Positions 28,321 to 41,940 of a stretch of DNA of 64,000 bases are shown one piece after another. The stretch comes from Podarcis pityusensis (Eukaryota), in assembly GCA_964106645.2 (NCBI GenBank), contig OZ078259.1; one strand, written 5' to 3'. How positions within the stretch are numbered: position 1 is the first letter of the stretch; each line of letters begins with the position of its first letter. Below the pieces are notes generated by a model, which worked only from the letters and a program-made list of their open reading frames with translations, ran no database searches and had not been told where the DNA came from. A program made the position numbers and the translations under genes.

Positions 28321-31300
28321 GTACAGTGCAACCAACATTTGCATAAAGCTGTCCAAAAATTCTGGATTCTTTTCTTTTCACTTGAAAGTTCACTCTTTTG
28401 TTTTAGTCCATTCTTGATTTCTCTGTTTTTTTTTAAAAAAAAACCTGCAACATTCTTAGGTTACTCATTAGCAAAACAACCCACCCCTCCATCACACTTA
28501 CTTCATCATTTTGACTCATCAGTGGCATACAAGGCTGTGTGTTTTGCAAACACCAGGATCCACTCTGGTTTAACATTCTTTGCAATCTCATGGAAGCCCA
28601 GGAAAAATTTAGTACGTTACGGCATAATCAATTGCGGGGCTTATTCCACCCTCCCAAGCCTCAAACCGGACTGTATTTTATTTCCTCCTAGACTCAGCTG
28701 CTCATTCTGACAGATCCTAATCCTTCAACCACATGCAAGGAGCATGGTGAGTAATTCCTTTATGTTTGGGAGTGGGGAAACTGAAAATGATCCTAAATAA
28801 TTACTTTGGGGATGTGCCTAATACAAATTCCCTAAATAAACACACTTTAACTTCCAAAAAGAGAACAGAAGGGGAAAGAGATGGGATTTCTTTTGTTAAT
28901 GAGTATTCCATTCAGTATTTCAATTTCCTCCAACTCCTACCGCAAAAAAGGGGGGGGGGAATCTATCTACTCCATTTCACACGTACCCATTAGGCAACAT
29001 TGAACCATCCCTGTGTTCAGAGGGAAACAGTTATTTAATAAGTGATTTGAGGCCTCCGGGCAGTAAAGCACAGTAACTGAGAAGGCATCCCAGGGCAGCA
29101 TATTGGAGGGAGGGAGGTGGGAAGAAGGGAAGAAGCACTCACAAATGTGCTGAGGTAGAGACCAAAAACAGTTCACCTTTGTCTGGCAAGCAAGCAGGGT
29201 TCCCCACTCCCAGTTGAGGAAGTAGGTTTGATGGAATGCCCTGGTGGGAAGCAGGTGGCTTGGTTTAGGAGAGAGACATGGGGGGGGGGGAATATGGGGA
29301 GTGAAGGAGACCTGACCTACAGATGGTCCATTCTCACTTCCACCAGCTACAGGGCAACTTCTGACCTTTCTATTTATGTTACAGTTTAGTGAGTTTAAGC
29401 TTCTTGAATAAATGTCCAGTTTTCTTCCCCGTTTGATGCAATTGGATTACTGTTGATGTCTGGTGTAAATCAACCTCTCTTTTTTATGAGGTAAACAAAC
29501 AAACAAACAAACAAAACCCTCTGAAGCATTATCTTTCCTTTTTTTGAAGACGTGTTTTGATTCATTAATAGCACTAAGGGAGTCGCCATTGTGCCATACT
29601 GCCTACCAAGTCTTACCTGGGAGCAACAGGGGCATTGCTAAGCAGTTAAAGGGGTGCTGCAACATCGCAGGTATTTGCACGGAAGTAAATTGAACTAATT
29701 TACAGGTACAGGTGCCTTGGGGGAAAATAAGATGTAGGGTGTCTGGGGTTTCACCTCGGCTGTGCTCGTCAGTTTCCCCACATGCCCTGTAAGCAAAGAT
29801 TTTCTTTTTCTTTTTGAAAAAGTGGGAAGGAAAGAGTGTCTAGGCCCTGCAGCAGAAGGCTGATAACTCAAGACTGCTTGTTAGCAGCAATACGCCAGAC
29901 CATCAAACATAATAGAACTTTTTTCTGTACCTAGGATTCTGCTGCAACACAAAAGCCAAATAGACATTGGCTCAGTGAAGCCTACAAGTTGAGAATGACA
30001 AGTTTAGATCAGTGGCAGAGCACCTGATTTCCAGGTAAGAAGGTCTCATGATCAATCCGCAGCATCTCTCCACGTAGGCCTGGTAATGCCCCCTGCATGA
30101 AACCCTGGATAGCCAATGCCATTCAGTGTGGACAGTACTGAACTAGATGCTCCAATGGCCTGACTCTGTAGAAGCCTTCTGTATTCCTACACATTTCAGT
30201 ATAATATACTATTGATGCTGAGGCATGGCTGGTACATTATGGCTTGGCTAAAGTTACCTGACGGGCATGCTGCATTTCGAACCCAGGACTTCCCACCTCA
30301 TGATCAACCACAGCACTTCAGACTCTGACAGTTCTCTTCCTTTGTCATCACTTATTATTACTGTTTTTATATGTGCTGGAAGCTGCCCAGAGTGGCTGGG
30401 GAAACCCAGCCAGATGGGTGGGGCATAAATTGTTGGTGGTGATGGTGTTGTTGTTGTTGTTATTGTTGTTGTTATTTGTTTCCTGAACACACCTAGTGCC
30501 AACACTCTCACTTCCTTCAACAGCCCCATCAAAGCACATCCATATTGTGGAGTTCCTAGTTACCGACCCCTGGGCCTTCCTAACCTCCAACCATCTTTAA
30601 ATATAATTTTCTATGTACCTTAGGAATCTGCCTTGCTTTGCTTAGTGCTGTAAAGTCCCATGGGCACAGTGGAGACAAGAGGGACAATCCTGTGACCCTC
30701 CAGGTGTTGCTGGACTCCAGCTCCTATCATCCCAGATCAAGGGTCATGTTGACCAGGGCTGATGGGAGTTCCGAGTCCAACATTATCTGGTTCCACATTC
30801 CTCGTAAAGGACCAGGGAATATCAAAAAACAAAATTGGCTTGAGGAGAGCACTGTCACTCCATGTTGCCCAGGTTTCTTTCTGGGCCTCCACACCTCCAT
30901 AAACAAGGTGATGAAAGGTGCATTCAGACATGGGGGAAATTGTGCTGGTTTTCCTGATTAAAATGCTAGTGAAATTACCACTAAACTTCCATTTTTTTAT
31001 GCCACTAGATTTCCAGAAGTGCCGTCTATGTCATGTGGAAGCTCAAATATAATCTGGAAATTAACAGTTAGGAAAACATCAGGGAAATGAAATAAACTGC
31101 GATATGAATGTAGCCTAGGTAATTAGATTGATACAGAGCCTTATGTCTGTTAACATGTGTCATTTTCTAAGAGAGCCAGTAGTGGGCAGAGTTTTAATTT
31201 TGCATGGAGAGAAACCTGCCTTCGGATCGCCAGATAGCCACAATTTGCCTTGGATGGGCTTGGACCATTTGCTGTATTTTAGCTTAATATACCGAGAGGT

Positions 31301-34300
31301 AGTGGAGATAAAACTGGGGGTCTACATAAATTCCAATCCAAGTTCCTTAGGTGAGGGGGGGGGACATGTAATGAATAAATAAATAGACAGGTACAATTTT
31401 ACTTTGGGGTTCATTTGCAAGATGTACTATGAAACACATGTGGAGTTCTCTGATACAGACTCAACCCCAAACCTATCATATAGCTTTTGGTCTTCCATTC
31501 CCAACTTAATTATTATATTTATATAGCGTCATCAAGAGAAAACCAAACCTCAAACTAGCTCTCTGCCCCAAGCAGGTTACAATATAAATTTCCATTAAAT
31601 CATATGCTTACACTAGTTTTGTATAAGTATCTGGATTTACAATCCCATTTCCTTAATGCACATTGACTGTGTGGAATAAGATGTACATATTGCAGTAATT
31701 CACTGCATATATTTATCCCAGGGTTACAAACCCTTCTTCTTTCAGGTTAAGGGAGAGATTGGCTGCTGCTGTGTGCTCATCTCTGGCAAATTATCTTTTG
31801 TTGTTCCTTAAAGATAGAACTTAAGGCTACTTAGATGTAAATGCACAACAGTTAGCAGCCAGCATACATCAGAATTGTTTGCACTGGTCAATTCCAGCCC
31901 CGGTCTTATGCACTTGCTTGGGAGTAAGTGCCGCTGAAATCAGGGGGGCAAATTGCTAAAAAGCTCTGAGTGGGTTGCCTATTGCACCCAGGTTTCAGTT
32001 TTGTTTTTGTTTTTTTAAAAAGCAGGATTGTTTTTAATGTACAGTTTCTTCCAACTTTGAGGAGCAAACGCACTCATTCCATAACTAGCTAATTAGCAGT
32101 AAACAAGGCAGAGGCACGAGCCTGGTGCACAGGGTGAACAAAAGTAAAAAAATTAAATGTGTAGCAGTAGCCATTAAATTATAGACGACTATGGCTTGTT
32201 TGGGGAGGGGGTCATTCAGTGAGTGTCTATGCTGGCAAATTCTTCTCACCAGAAGAAAATAGTTTGGTGAACATCAACACAAATTCACAGAGACCCCCAG
32301 TGAGTGCATGTACACAACACCATGCAGACCCAAGCCCACCAAATTGATGCATTTGCCTATTATGGCACACAAGACAAAGAATTTATGGAGATACTCCATG
32401 CTGAGACACATATGAGATCAGAAGAGACGAACTCTCGAAAGAGCCCCTGCAGCCAAAAGCATTAGATGCCTTTAAAAAAATCAAAACGGCAATACTTTGA
32501 TAAAAGAAGTTAATGGTGATCAGGAAAGAGGAGGAAATATTGTAACACTTGTCCACCCCCACCCCACCCCCACCAAAACCTCAACAACAAAAACACATGT
32601 TAACAGTTTCCTTCTTTCTCAAACACATCATTTCAACATTCACCATCCTGATCCCAGCCAGTGTTGGACTCTACAAACACCGCAACATGCTTCCTTTTCC
32701 AAACGACACCTCCATGCTCAGTTGTAACGGCTTCCATTAAATTAATGATGTTACCCACACCATAAATTAGGCAAATTGTATGCAAATACTGTTTGAGTAG
32801 CAATACAGTGGTTATCAGCTGTCTGCAAAAATAAATTAGTTTGGCAGGGTAAAGATACTGTGAAGCAGCATATTTAATTGAGCACTAATTTTATTGTGAT
32901 TATTACTTTTAAGTAACAACGGCAAGGTTATTAAGTGACATAATGTGATGGTTTACACAGAGCTGATAAAACACTTCACAAGATCCACAATGCTGGTTTG
33001 CTGATTAAAACTGATACCAAGTAATTTATGGTCCCAAGGACTGATTCTCAACCGCTATAAAAATAAAATAAATGAAAACATGACAGTGTTTCAGGGTTTT
33101 CAAGCTGGGCAACTACAGTATGTTTGACAAAGTGTCACTGATTAGCTTGATATAAAATCTATATGTTTTATTATTAGTATTTTCAGCAATTATTTACTTA
33201 AAATGCCAGCAAATTAAAATGATTCTGCCCTTCTCTCAGCAAAACACATCATAATATTACCTATGTCACCTAGATTTTTGCCAATCAGGCATGCAAAATG
33301 CAAATTTATTCATTTGCTTACTTTGCTTGCCTGGTTAGTAATTTACAGCCTACCTCAAATGGCCACAATCCGGTTGCTCATTATTATTATTTTAAATTTT
33401 AGAGCGAAAGCACAAATTGCAACTTGTTAGCTTGGCAGAGTGAAACACAGAACCAGTCCAGACATTGGCAAATCATATTTAAATATTTATGGGCAACAAA
33501 GCATCTCTGTTTTCCAAGTTAAATACAGAATCAAATCACAACTTCTGCACTACTTCTGCTCCCCCAGTATCAACACCCCAATTTTTCTTTTCTTTTTTAA
33601 AGATGCCAAGCTTGATTTATTTTTTTGTAGCAAGTTCACAATAAAAACAACCAACACACACAACTCCCTTCTTCTTTGCAAATCACAACATATCTGAAAT
33701 TCGAGAAAAACATGGTAATGGTCAAGATATTTCCAAAGCTTATAAGTTAAAACAATAAGAGATCTGACAGTGACTAGGAAGGGGGGGGGACCCTATCACT
33801 TCAGTTCTGGATCAGTAGAGGGGGTAGGAGGAGGGACAATCACAGGCAGTTTTGGAAACGAGAGAGACAGAAATCTTGCAACTGACACCACTAAACTGCA
33901 CGTTTGAGAATGCCACAATGAAGACAATGTATGAACAGTGTGGGGGAGTGTTGCTGGTTGGATAACCCCCCTTGTTTTTTGTTGCTTTTGGTTTGGTAGC
34001 CAACACACACACACCCTTGCAACTTATCCCACAGGTTCAAGAAAGCATAGGTCCTGATACTTATTTTGAAACATGGAAAATGAAAGATGCGTGAACAACA
34101 CCCCCACGCCCACCCCCCAAACACCACACCACCCCCAGGGGATCGGATTGAGTTGGGAATAGGTTCAAAGAGGGGGTTCAAATAATGGGATGCTAGAGCG
34201 GGTTCAAAGGAAGCGAGGCTATGCCGACTTCTTCCATAGATGCTGCCTGTTTTGCAAATGGACCACTTCCAAGTTGGAGCATCCTCCGAAAAACAGGGCA

Positions 34301-34528
34301 TGCGACGCGCATCACGCACCTCCGGACAAAAACCACCACGGGTGCATGGCTCTCGATATTATTATTAAAGACAAGACACTGAGAAGGAGGGGAGAGGAAG
34401 ATGCAACAAAAGGTTTCTGAGCTGCACTATTAATGATGCTAATAATAACAATAACAATAACAACAACAACCCGAAGGCATCGCAATAGGGTGATGAAATT
34501 CAAGAGCGGGGTGGGAAATCAAACCTAC

Positions 34529-34575
34529 CACTGCTGGTCCAAGTCCCAGTCCCTGAAAAAGTCGAATAGATCCAT
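34529..34575 (-). CDS. AFF2: AFF2/FMR2 (AF4/FMR2 family member 2), first coding exon; the rest of the gene lies beyond the left edge of the window
   Basis: The minus strand reads ccgct ATG GAT CTA TTC GAC TTT TTC AGG GAC TGG GAC TTG GAC CAG CAG TG|gtaggt = MDLFDFFRDWDLDQQ(C). This matches the AFF2 N-terminus I recognise (human MDLFDFFRDWDLEQQC). The exon is 47 nt, phase 2, with a canonical GT donor at 34528, inside a CpG-rich region. Confidence 0.95.
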
Positions 34576-35100
34576 AGCGGTTGCGAAGGGAGGCAGGAGA
34601 GACTCCGAGCGCTGGCTGCCCCCCCTCCCCGGGTCCGCCTTCCCCCAGCCCGGCTAGGAGAAGTCACCGGGGCAGGGCAGGCTTAGCAGCGCATCTGGAG
34701 GGCGATCTGGGCTTTCTCCCTTTCGCCGCGCTTGGGGGACAAGCCGGGGCTGGCGATGGTCTCTCCGGCCGGAGGGAGGAGGAGGAAGGCAGCTCTGCTG
34801 CTGCTCTCAGCTCCTTCCGCTCGCTTCTGCTGGCTTCAGCTGTGGCTGCTGCTGCCGCTGCTGCCGCCACAGCCAGCAGCAGCCTGACTGACTGACTCGC
34901 TGGCTGGCTGGCTGAGAGAGGCAGAAATAGCGGCGGCGGCAGCAATATCAACACCCACCACAAGGGGTGGAGCGAGCGGCAAGAACCACGACTCGGAGAC
35001 GCGTTGTATTAGCATCCCTCCCCGCTCGCCAATTCGCAGCTGGAGCAGAGTTCACATGTGCCACGGACGAGAGACGGGGGTTCTGGTCGCTTTCAAACGG
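34576..35100 (-). promoter_or_regulatory. AFF2: CpG-rich promoter and 5'UTR of AFF2 with short triplet and tetramer repeats
   Basis: Local jump in GC and CpG content directly upstream of the ATG, with GCA/GCG, GCC, CAGC and GTCA short repeats. The TSS cannot be placed exactly. Confidence 0.8.
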
Positions 35101-36294
35101 GTGTCATTGTGGGTTGCTCTGTGTGCATGCAATACTAGAATAAGAATATCAATGTTAAGTTGGAAGGGACCCTTAGAGTCATCTAGTCCAACCCCTTGCA
35201 ATGTAGGGATTTGAAACCATACTGGACCCTACTTAACTTTGGAAATGTGCTAGCAGTTTTATTGTGGCACCACTAGCATGGGTATAGCCAGGATTGTTCA
35301 CGGAGGCGGGGGGAGGCTTTTGTTAGGGGGTGCAGAACCTCAGATTTGTATTGGTTTGGGGGGGCAACTGCCCCCCTTGGCTATGCCCATGGCCTCTAGG
35401 AGTACAATTAAAAATATGTTTGAATATTGATGTTAATATTTTCAGCATTCAAATAACTTCATTGTTATCTAAAACTGCAGCATCAGCAATCCCACATCAC
35501 AAGAGGTGGAGTAATGGTTTTGGTGTCAGCCTAGGACCTGGGAGACCAGGGTCCAAATCCCCACTCAGCCATGAAGCTCACTGGGTGACTTTGGACCAGT
35601 CACATGCAACCCAACAGACATGCACCCAGAACTCTGGTTGATTCCAGATTGTGGGAAGAGGTAGCTCCTGGAGCATGCAAGCTTGTTTGTTGGCTGCCAT
35701 GTCCACAAAACATAGAATCATAGGGAATGCAGGATTCTCAACTAAAGCATCCATGACAGATGGCCATCCAACCTCTGCTTTAAAACCTCCAAGGAAGGAG
35801 AGTCCAGCAGCTCCTGGTGGAAGTCAGTTCCACTGTTGAACAGCTTTTACTATCAGAATTACCTTCTTTATAACTTGACTCCATTGGATTCATCCTTGCT
35901 GTCAAAATGTAAGTGGGAAGACACACATGGAGACACAGTACTGAGTGGGTGGTTGTGACGTAAGGTTCCCAAAAGCCATTAAATACCATGAGAGTTGGCC
36001 TTGAGAGAGCTGAGAAGCAGAGCTCACTCCATCGGCTCTGCTGCACAACAGGCCAGTTCCATCCGGCCTCCTCTCCCCTCAACTGTCACTTGGGGGCAGC
36101 CTTTCTCTCTCAGTGGGAGAAACAGTAAGCAGGGATCATTTAATCAGCTTTTCTGGAGGCCCAGCTCCATCAGGAACCTCCTTGTTCTTGAACTGTGCCA
36201 GCTAGTCCATGTAGGAACAACTGTTAGAAACTGGTGCCTGAGTTTTAGTGTTTATTTTCCTCCTCCCTCCTGTCCAAGGGGCAGCTGGATCTTC

Positions 36295-36730
36295 TCTACC
36301 TGGTAAGGTAGCCCACCTGGGAGAAGGAATACTCCTATCCTAAACCTCTGCTGCCTTGTAGATATACTGATTCCTGGAAAAGGCTTCAGGAGTACACCCT
36401 GAGGAACCATCTGTACCTGCTGCCTTGCAGGACATCTTCAGCAAAAGAAAAGGCTGAGGAGTAAACCCTACACAAATCCAGAGTGGAGTCCCTAAGGCAG
36501 TTAGATGGCACCTTGTACAGCTCTTTCCAGCAACTCCTGCAGCCAAGCTGATGTCAAATATCTTGCTCTGCTTTCCTTTGGACCACATCAGTGAGGTCGA
36601 GGGGGGCAGTCTTCTTGCCTGGGCAGCCCAGGACCTTAATGCATGCTGCCCAGGCTTATGCCCTGGAGAGGTTCCTTCAGTGCTGCTAACACAGCAAAAG
36701 CAATGCGGGATGCAACAGTTATGACTTATA
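36295..36730 (+). mobile_element. Interspersed repeat, probably a LINE 5' region (RTE- or Vingi-like; family uncertain)
   Basis: Homologous to 62553-63205 over several hundred bp, e.g. atcctaaacctctgctgccttg and gtccctaaggcagttagatggca. Confidence 0.5.
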
Positions 36731-37042
36731 AATTCAATTTGATTGGCATAAGGTATGAGCACTACTGGTTGCCTTCGGTGGTAGGAAAGATCATCATGTC
36801 TCACTAGTCAACTACTGTCCGTCTTACGGTTGGCTGCACCTAGTCAAAAAAATATTGAGCCACCATGGTTCCCACTCTTTTCATTTTTTAAGACTGCGAG
36901 CTTGAGGATAGGGACCATCGTTCTTTGATTGTATGTAAACTGCCCCGGGAGCCTTTATGGCTGAAGTGTGGGTACAAATGCTCCAAATAAATATGAATAA
37001 GGAGTGCAGTAGCAGATGGCCTGACATTTCTGTACACAGTTG

Positions 37043-37078
<36 letters not shown>

Positions 37079-38791
37079 CCAGTGGAGACTGGCCCATCAG
37101 GGCGAATGGGGCAAAGCCCTATCAGCCTCAGTCTGCTCTCAGACAGCCCAAACTTGCTTGCTTTCTTACTTACAACCAGCTTAGCATGTGCCCCTGTCTG
37201 TCATCTTCTTTGTGCTCCTCCTCAGCTTCACCCCTGTAGGACTTAGCAAGGAGGAGAATGGGGGACAAAACTAGAATTAGGTAGCTCTGCCTGTCATTGG
37301 CTTTGGCTCCACCTTCCTCTGGCCTCTCAGCCTTTCTTCCTAACAGCCCAAATAGGTTCCAGCCACCTCTATGAGAATGATAAACCACACAGTGACCCTT
37401 TTGCAAGAGCAGCAATTGGCAGAAACACATAGCTTTGCTAATGTTATGGTGGGAAGGAGAGAGTCTGCTAAACCCAATAAATTAATGAATGTCAAAATCT
37501 AGCTAATATTTGGGATAGGAAGGGAAAATGCAAGCTACAGAACTGTGGCAGGTAAGGAATCCACGGGCCAGTATATGCCAACCCGCCTGGCCACCTGGCT
37601 GGTTGAATTCAAGCCATTATGACACAATGGCCAGGCATCTACACATCAGAGAAAGTTTTTAGGTCTGTGCAAAACAAGGGTTGCCAAGGTGACAGGGAGA
37701 GGTGTGAGATGACAGACTATATCTCAGGGGTAGAATACCTGCAGTGCATGCAGACAGTGCAGGTCAAATAACCTAGTATGTACTGGTTAGGCTAGAAAAA
37801 ACTTCTGTCTGAAACCTGGAGATCCAACATTGTTGACAACAATGAGCTAAATGAATCAGCTGCCTCCATATATGGCAGTTTCCCCCAGTATTTACCTCAG
37901 AGTAAGGCTACAGAATTAGAGAGGTGTTTTTCCCCCCAATTAGCATGTCAAAATGTCCCAATCTGGTGCTGCTTGATGTTTTGTAACCCTCCCAGACTGT
38001 CCTCGCTGCAGCCAGATCCCCCCAGTCTTTCACAATAAGTTAAAACCTGCCACAATGTGATTTTTACCTGTCATTTTTCACAGGGTGACAGTTTCTTCTG
38101 GATGTGCCCCCATGTGGCGAAACTTGAGATTTACCACATTCCAGAGAACATGAACAATTTTTCTGGATGATTTCAAGGCCTGATCATTCAGAACTTTGCG
38201 TCTGTGGGTGCACTTTTGGAATGATTCCTAGGGGAAGCCCATAAACAGGTTGCAGTTACAACTTAGAGTTTCTCTGGCAGCAGTTCTTCATAGGAAGAAA
38301 AGAAGGAAAGAGGCATATAGCCCAGAGAAGACTAAGGAGAGGCATGATAGAACCCTTCTTAGATCAGGAGGCCTGTCACAGAGAAGATGGAGCAGGCTTA
38401 CTCTAGTAGGCCAGTGGAAATGGTTGGCAATCAGATTTTGGCTAAACTTTATGAGAAAGTTATGGCAGTGGAACAACAGCATGCCTCAAGAGAAGCAGAG
38501 GGCACGTGGTCATCTGTCAGGTACACGTGTAGCTGCCTCCTACATTGTAAACATAGGGGCCAACTCCTAGGGGCTGAGGTCCCTTTGCGCCCGCCCAAGG
38601 CAATGTCATTCAAATGGTGTGGGTACATCCTGTCATGTGATTGGTTTTGCAGGGTGGGGCATATTTTCCTTCCCCCCAATATTTTATTCAAGTTGGAACC
38701 CCTGATTGTAAGATCTTGAACTGAACAGAGGCTTGGGTTAAATGACCTCTCCTTCTAACCCCACAATAGGAAGGGGGAGGGCGAGAGGGAA

Positions 38792-38947
38792 GAAGGAAGG
38801 AAGGAAGGAAGGAAGGAAGGAAGGAAGGAAGGAAGGAAGGAGGCTGTGGTAATTCCACTCAAAAGTGATAGAGGCATCGCTGAACATCTGTGTGAAGCTG
38901 TGGTAATTCCACTCAAAAGTGATAGAGGCATCGCTGAACATCTGTGT
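38792..38947. repeat. (GGAA)n microsatellite followed by a 54-bp direct tandem duplication
   Basis: gctgtggtaattccactcaaaagtgatagaggcatcgctgaacatctgtgt starts at both 38843 and 38897. Confidence 0.95.
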
Positions 38948-39604
38948 AGCAGTATTGCTATTTGGGATACATCCTTGTAGTGTGGATTTAACCTCACACT
39001 GAGAGAAGCAAGCTTTGGCTGCAGAAAGATACCACCTACGCATATGTAAGAAAAGGCTGGCCTTCTGTTCTGGTCAGTATGCACAGCTACCTACCAAATG
39101 CACAAGATTGCACTTCTACTAGTCATACTTAGAATAGAACCCAGTCATTGAGACTGTGCTCTGTGTGACTGACTGCACATCCACACCTTATATTTAACAC
39201 ATACACATAACTTTTCCCCAAAGAATTCTGGGAACTATAATTTACAGAGCCCATGGAGCCCTTTTCCTCACAATTTACCTCGCAGCGCTACAATTCCCAG
39301 AACCCTTAACAAATTACAGTTCCCAGGATTCTTTGGGGAAAGCTATAAACATATTGTGTGGATCCAACTTCAGTCTGGATCTAACTCTACGTTTCTACTG
39401 CCAGTATCAGTTTGATACCATTCTACAATGGGTAGTCTTCCACTACTTTCTACTGATCGCAGACTCATTGAAACTAATGGCAATGATCAACTTAGGTCTA
39501 TCAGTTTTAATGGGTCTGCTTTGAGTAAAATGTAGCTGGATACCACATTTCCTTCAGCCCTGACATTAGAAAATCAAAAGAGCCTGATGGATTAGCCGTG
39601 TCTA

Positions 39605-39955
39605 AAAGGTAAAGGGACCCCTGACCATTAGGTCTAGTTGTGGCCGACTCTGGGGTTGCAGCACTCATCTCGCTTTATTAGCCGAGGGAGCTGGTGTACA
39701 GCTTCTGGGTCATGTGGCCAGCATGACTAAGCTGCTTCTGGCGAACCAGAGCAGCGCACGGAAACGCCGTTTACCTTCCCTCCAGAGCGGTACCTACTTA
39801 TCTACTTGCACTTTGACGTGCTTTCGAACTGCTAGGTTGGCAGGAGCTGGGACCGAGCAACGGGAGCTCACCCCATCGTGGGGATTCAAACCGGTGACCT
39901 TCTGATTGGCAAGCCCTAGGCTCTGTGGTTTAACCCACAGTGCCATCCGCGTCCC
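39605..39955 (-). mobile_element. Sauria-type SINE, full length
   Basis: Highly similar to the 21867 copy; imperfect TSD tagccgtgtcta / tagccatttcta. Confidence 0.9.
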
Positions 39956-41940
39956 TAGCCATTTCTATCTAGTGTCTAATCCTGTTCTGTGGAGGCATCA
40001 GTAGCCTTCTCTTCCACAAATTTCAAAGCCATCCAAATTGCTGGCCATCCCTGCCTCCTGTGGCAGCAAGTACCATAGTGCTGCATCTACCATTAGCCAT
40101 GATGCCTGGGGCTGATGGGTATTGAGGTCCACAGATCACCCACTCATACTTTCACCAAAGGAATCCCCCCCTTTCATTCTCCAGCAAACACCCATACCTC
40201 CTGCTATAGCCTATACAGTACTTCTGGGTAAGCCAACGACTGATTCCCCTCACCTCCATTTCATGTCCAACTTAATTCCCCTCGCCCCTCGCCACTGCGT
40301 AAACATCAGTAAAACAAGAACGCAAATCTCCTTATGTAATGCATAGCACACGATTTAATCTATGGTTTAGCAATGTAAATGTTAAGATAAGCCTGATGTT
40401 AAACACAAACTGACTCAATCCTACTGACTGAGAAAGAGCACAGTGTCAGGCCGATGTAAAATTAAACTGTCGTTTAGGAAAGAATGCACACAAGTGGGGC
40501 ACTGATACCACAAAGGTGCCATCACGTCAGCCCTTCATGGGTAGAACTTCCACTTGGAAACCGACAGGCATTTCAAATTGTAGGTGGTATGTTCAAGACA
40601 GACTCACATAGACACCCTCCTCGAGTTGTCTCTCTGCCATTTTATCTGTCTCCCCCCCTCCCCCCCGCCAAGTCTCATAATTTCCTCTAACAGCATTTCT
40701 ATTTCCTCACAAAGTGAAACACTCTTACTATTATCAGTTCATTCTCCTGGATTCCCTTGGCTGTTTTATAAAAACACGGAGGGCAGGGGGAGAAACTCCC
40801 ACTGTAAGAAGAAGGACTGCATTGTGGAGGTGTTGTTCCCACCATGAGACTCCAGCGACACACAGGCCCATCCAAAGAAGACAGTCAAAGAGGACTGGAC
40901 AAATTTGTGTAGGATAAGGCTGTCAGTGGCTATTAACCACAATGGCTATGCTTTGCCTGCTTGGCCAGAAGCCGCAATGCATCTCAATGTGAGTTTCTGG
41001 AAACCTCAGGAGGGGAGAGTGCTCTTGTTTGTAGGTTTCCCGCAGGCATCTGGTTGGCCACTCTGAGTACAGGATGCTAGACTATGAGCCACTGGCCTGA
41101 TCCAGTAGGTTCTTCTGATTCTATTCTGCAGTCTGCTGTGGTCATGTAGCCCCAATTCATTATTTAAATGAATCCCTCTCTTCTGCACAGACGTTTTATA
41201 TATTTTATTGTTGTCTGCTTTTGGCAAAAGCTGTAAATGGGCCAGGGGTTCCCAAACAAGTTTCATTCAGGTAGCCTGTGGGGGTGTCCATGGCTTTGTG
41301 ACTGAAGATGGGAGACACACATGTATTACATTTAATATCCATATTGTTTTTTAATTGCATTGATTGCTTCTTCTCTTATGTTGCATTGCATTGTATCGTA
41401 ATTTGAAGTCTATAGAATTCAGAATATGTAATAAATGCAGCAATAAAAAATATAATTAAAAATCATACAGCATCTAGCACAGCACATTCCAATTGCTACA
41501 GCCGGTAGAAAAAGTGGTTCTCCAAATGTTATGCTGATTTCACTCCAATACTTGACGCTGGTAACAGCGGTGGCGCATATGCCCGCACTGCCCAGGGTGG
41601 GCGCTCTCTCGAGGGGTGCGGAGGGTGCCCTCCCAGGCATGGGATAGCCAAGGTTGGAGGGCCATCTGTCATGGATGCTTTAGCTGAGATTTCTTCATTG
41701 CGGAGCATTGAACTAGATGACTCCCAGGGGTCATTTACAATTCTACAACTCTATGATTCTGGGGAGCCTGTGGCCCTCCAATAGTTATTGAGCTCCAGGT
41801 CCCTCACCATTGACCATGCTGGTTGGGTGCAATGGGATTTGGAGTCCAGCAACATCTTCCCTGGCATACAGTGTTAGCACCTGCTGGAATGCTCAACAAA
41901 TATGGCATTATTTCTTGCTGTTGAAAATATGCTGTACAGC

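Larger units (their letters stand above)
1..34528 (-). other. AFF2: AFF2 intron 1 (partial)
   Basis: Lies downstream of the exon-1 donor. No sequence encoding the expected exon 2 ([20 protein letters not shown]-like) was seen. Confidence 0.75.

Noticed and set aside
34190-34420. ORF starting MLERVQRKR, resembling a CR1 RT motif
   Set aside because: The similarity ends after about 7 residues; a chance match.
34581-34963. Poly-Ala ORFs on both strands
   Set aside because: They are translations of the GC-rich triplet-repeat 5'UTR of AFF2.
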